64,000 nucleotides of DNA from Lama glama. Taxonomy: Eukaryota. Under the pieces are notes generated by a model, which had not been told where the DNA came from, ran no database searches, and saw only the letters and a program-made list of their open reading frames with translations. Shown here in pieces: positions 62,951 through 64,000 of the stretch. The position numbers were made by a program, and so were the translations under genes. The stretch lies in the NCBI GenBank assembly GCA_028534125.1, contig CM052818.1, positions 38,876,001-38,940,000 of the forward strand. Direction: 5' to 3'. Each line of letters starts with the position of its first letter. Position 1 is the stretch's first letter.

Positions 62951-63674
62951 AGTGATGAGAAACTTGTTTCTGGTAACATTCGTTTCTTCCCTTTTCAGGA
63001 TTGAAGGGAGAAGAAAAATAGCTCCAAGTGACAGCCAGAGGACAGGGGTTACACGGAGTCATAAAAGCCCAAGGCCTGGTCCCACAGCCCTCAGAACTGT
63101 GCCTTCTGGTAGACCATGGTCTCCAAACTGAAAAACATGGGCCGGTCGTGCCAAGCTCCCTACCTGGAATCCCAAACTGCCCAGCTTCTCCTGATGCTCC
63201 AAGCTCAGCCCATGGCAACGACCGACTGCTAAGCCCCTCCAGCTGGTCCTGGGGAGGGTGGCCAGCAGCTCTGGAAATGTGCTTCCACTACCTGCTCATC
63301 TCAGGACCCCTGGGAGTACTTCGCTGGGGACCTTGCTGGGCTGAACACACCGTGATTTCTGCTAGGGTAGGGATGTCTCTCAGTGGGTGTTGTCAGTGCC
63401 CAAAATCTGGGAACACTTTCTTAACTTCTTCGGACTCTGCCGTGGCACTGAAAACAGCTGATTACTTGTCATTGCTGCATCACACATAACCATGTCAAAA
63501 CAGAGTGATTTACCTGCTTTATTCTGAGTATCCAGGATTCTTGGACCCCCCCATGTAGCCCAGTCATTCTTTAAATGACCTTCCTCTCATTCCCCACAGC
63601 AGCTGTTCCCAATCTTTGTCACTTCCTTGGGTCTCATAGAAGTTGGTGCTCCCTAAATTTCTGTCTTTTCTTTA

Positions 63675-63790
63675 ATCAGTTCATTCAGTCAACTACTATT
63701 TATTGAGGTCCTTATGCATGCCCAGCACCTATTAGGCCTTAGAAGCACAGCAGTGACGGAGCAGACGTGCCCTCTCTTGCTCATCATGGA
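63675..63790 (-). mobile_element. L2 3' end
   Basis: ttcattcagtcaactactatttattgaggtccttatgcatgcccagcac. Confidence 0.65.
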
Positions 63791-64000
63791 GATTATGACC
63801 TGGCTTACAGTCTCCTCTCACTCCACATACTCTTCATGGACCATCTTGCTCCTTCTCCAAGGCTTCCATTGTCACCTGTACCCTGATGGCTCCCTTTACT
63901 CAGCTGCCCATAAACCCACCCACTGTGTGCCAGACTGTGTCTCATAACTGTCCTGATTTGTGGTTGGCAACAAGGAAATCAACCTCTATATAAAAAGGGA

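Overview
Mammalian (eutherian) nuclear genomic DNA, moderately GC-rich, that reads as a large intron or gene desert. I recognise no protein-coding exon, RNA gene or full CpG island. The ORF track is noise apart from fossil transposon coding remnants (L1 ORF2 at 29665-29910, a Tigger transposase N-terminus near 28080-28357). The window is littered with ancient repeats: MIR, L2, old L1M, MaLR/ERVL/ERV1 LTRs, hAT and Tigger DNA transposons. It has two younger L1 3' ends of the cetartiodactyl type with target-site duplications (TSDs). I saw no Alu, B1/B2, SINEC, PRE1, Bov-tA/BovB or CHR-2 SINEs, which tentatively suggests a camelid. Repeat names come from my recollection of consensus sequences, subfamilies are uncertain, and most boundaries are approximate unless a TSD or TIR is cited. 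I found no supportable novel biological system. The best leads are a TSD-flanked chimeric L1 insertion with about 95 nt of unassigned 5' sequence, a 17-bp minisatellite with a CpG-decay-like signature, a Tigger7 deletion derivative, a fused LTR stack marking a deletion, and several enhancer- or promoter-like motif clusters.
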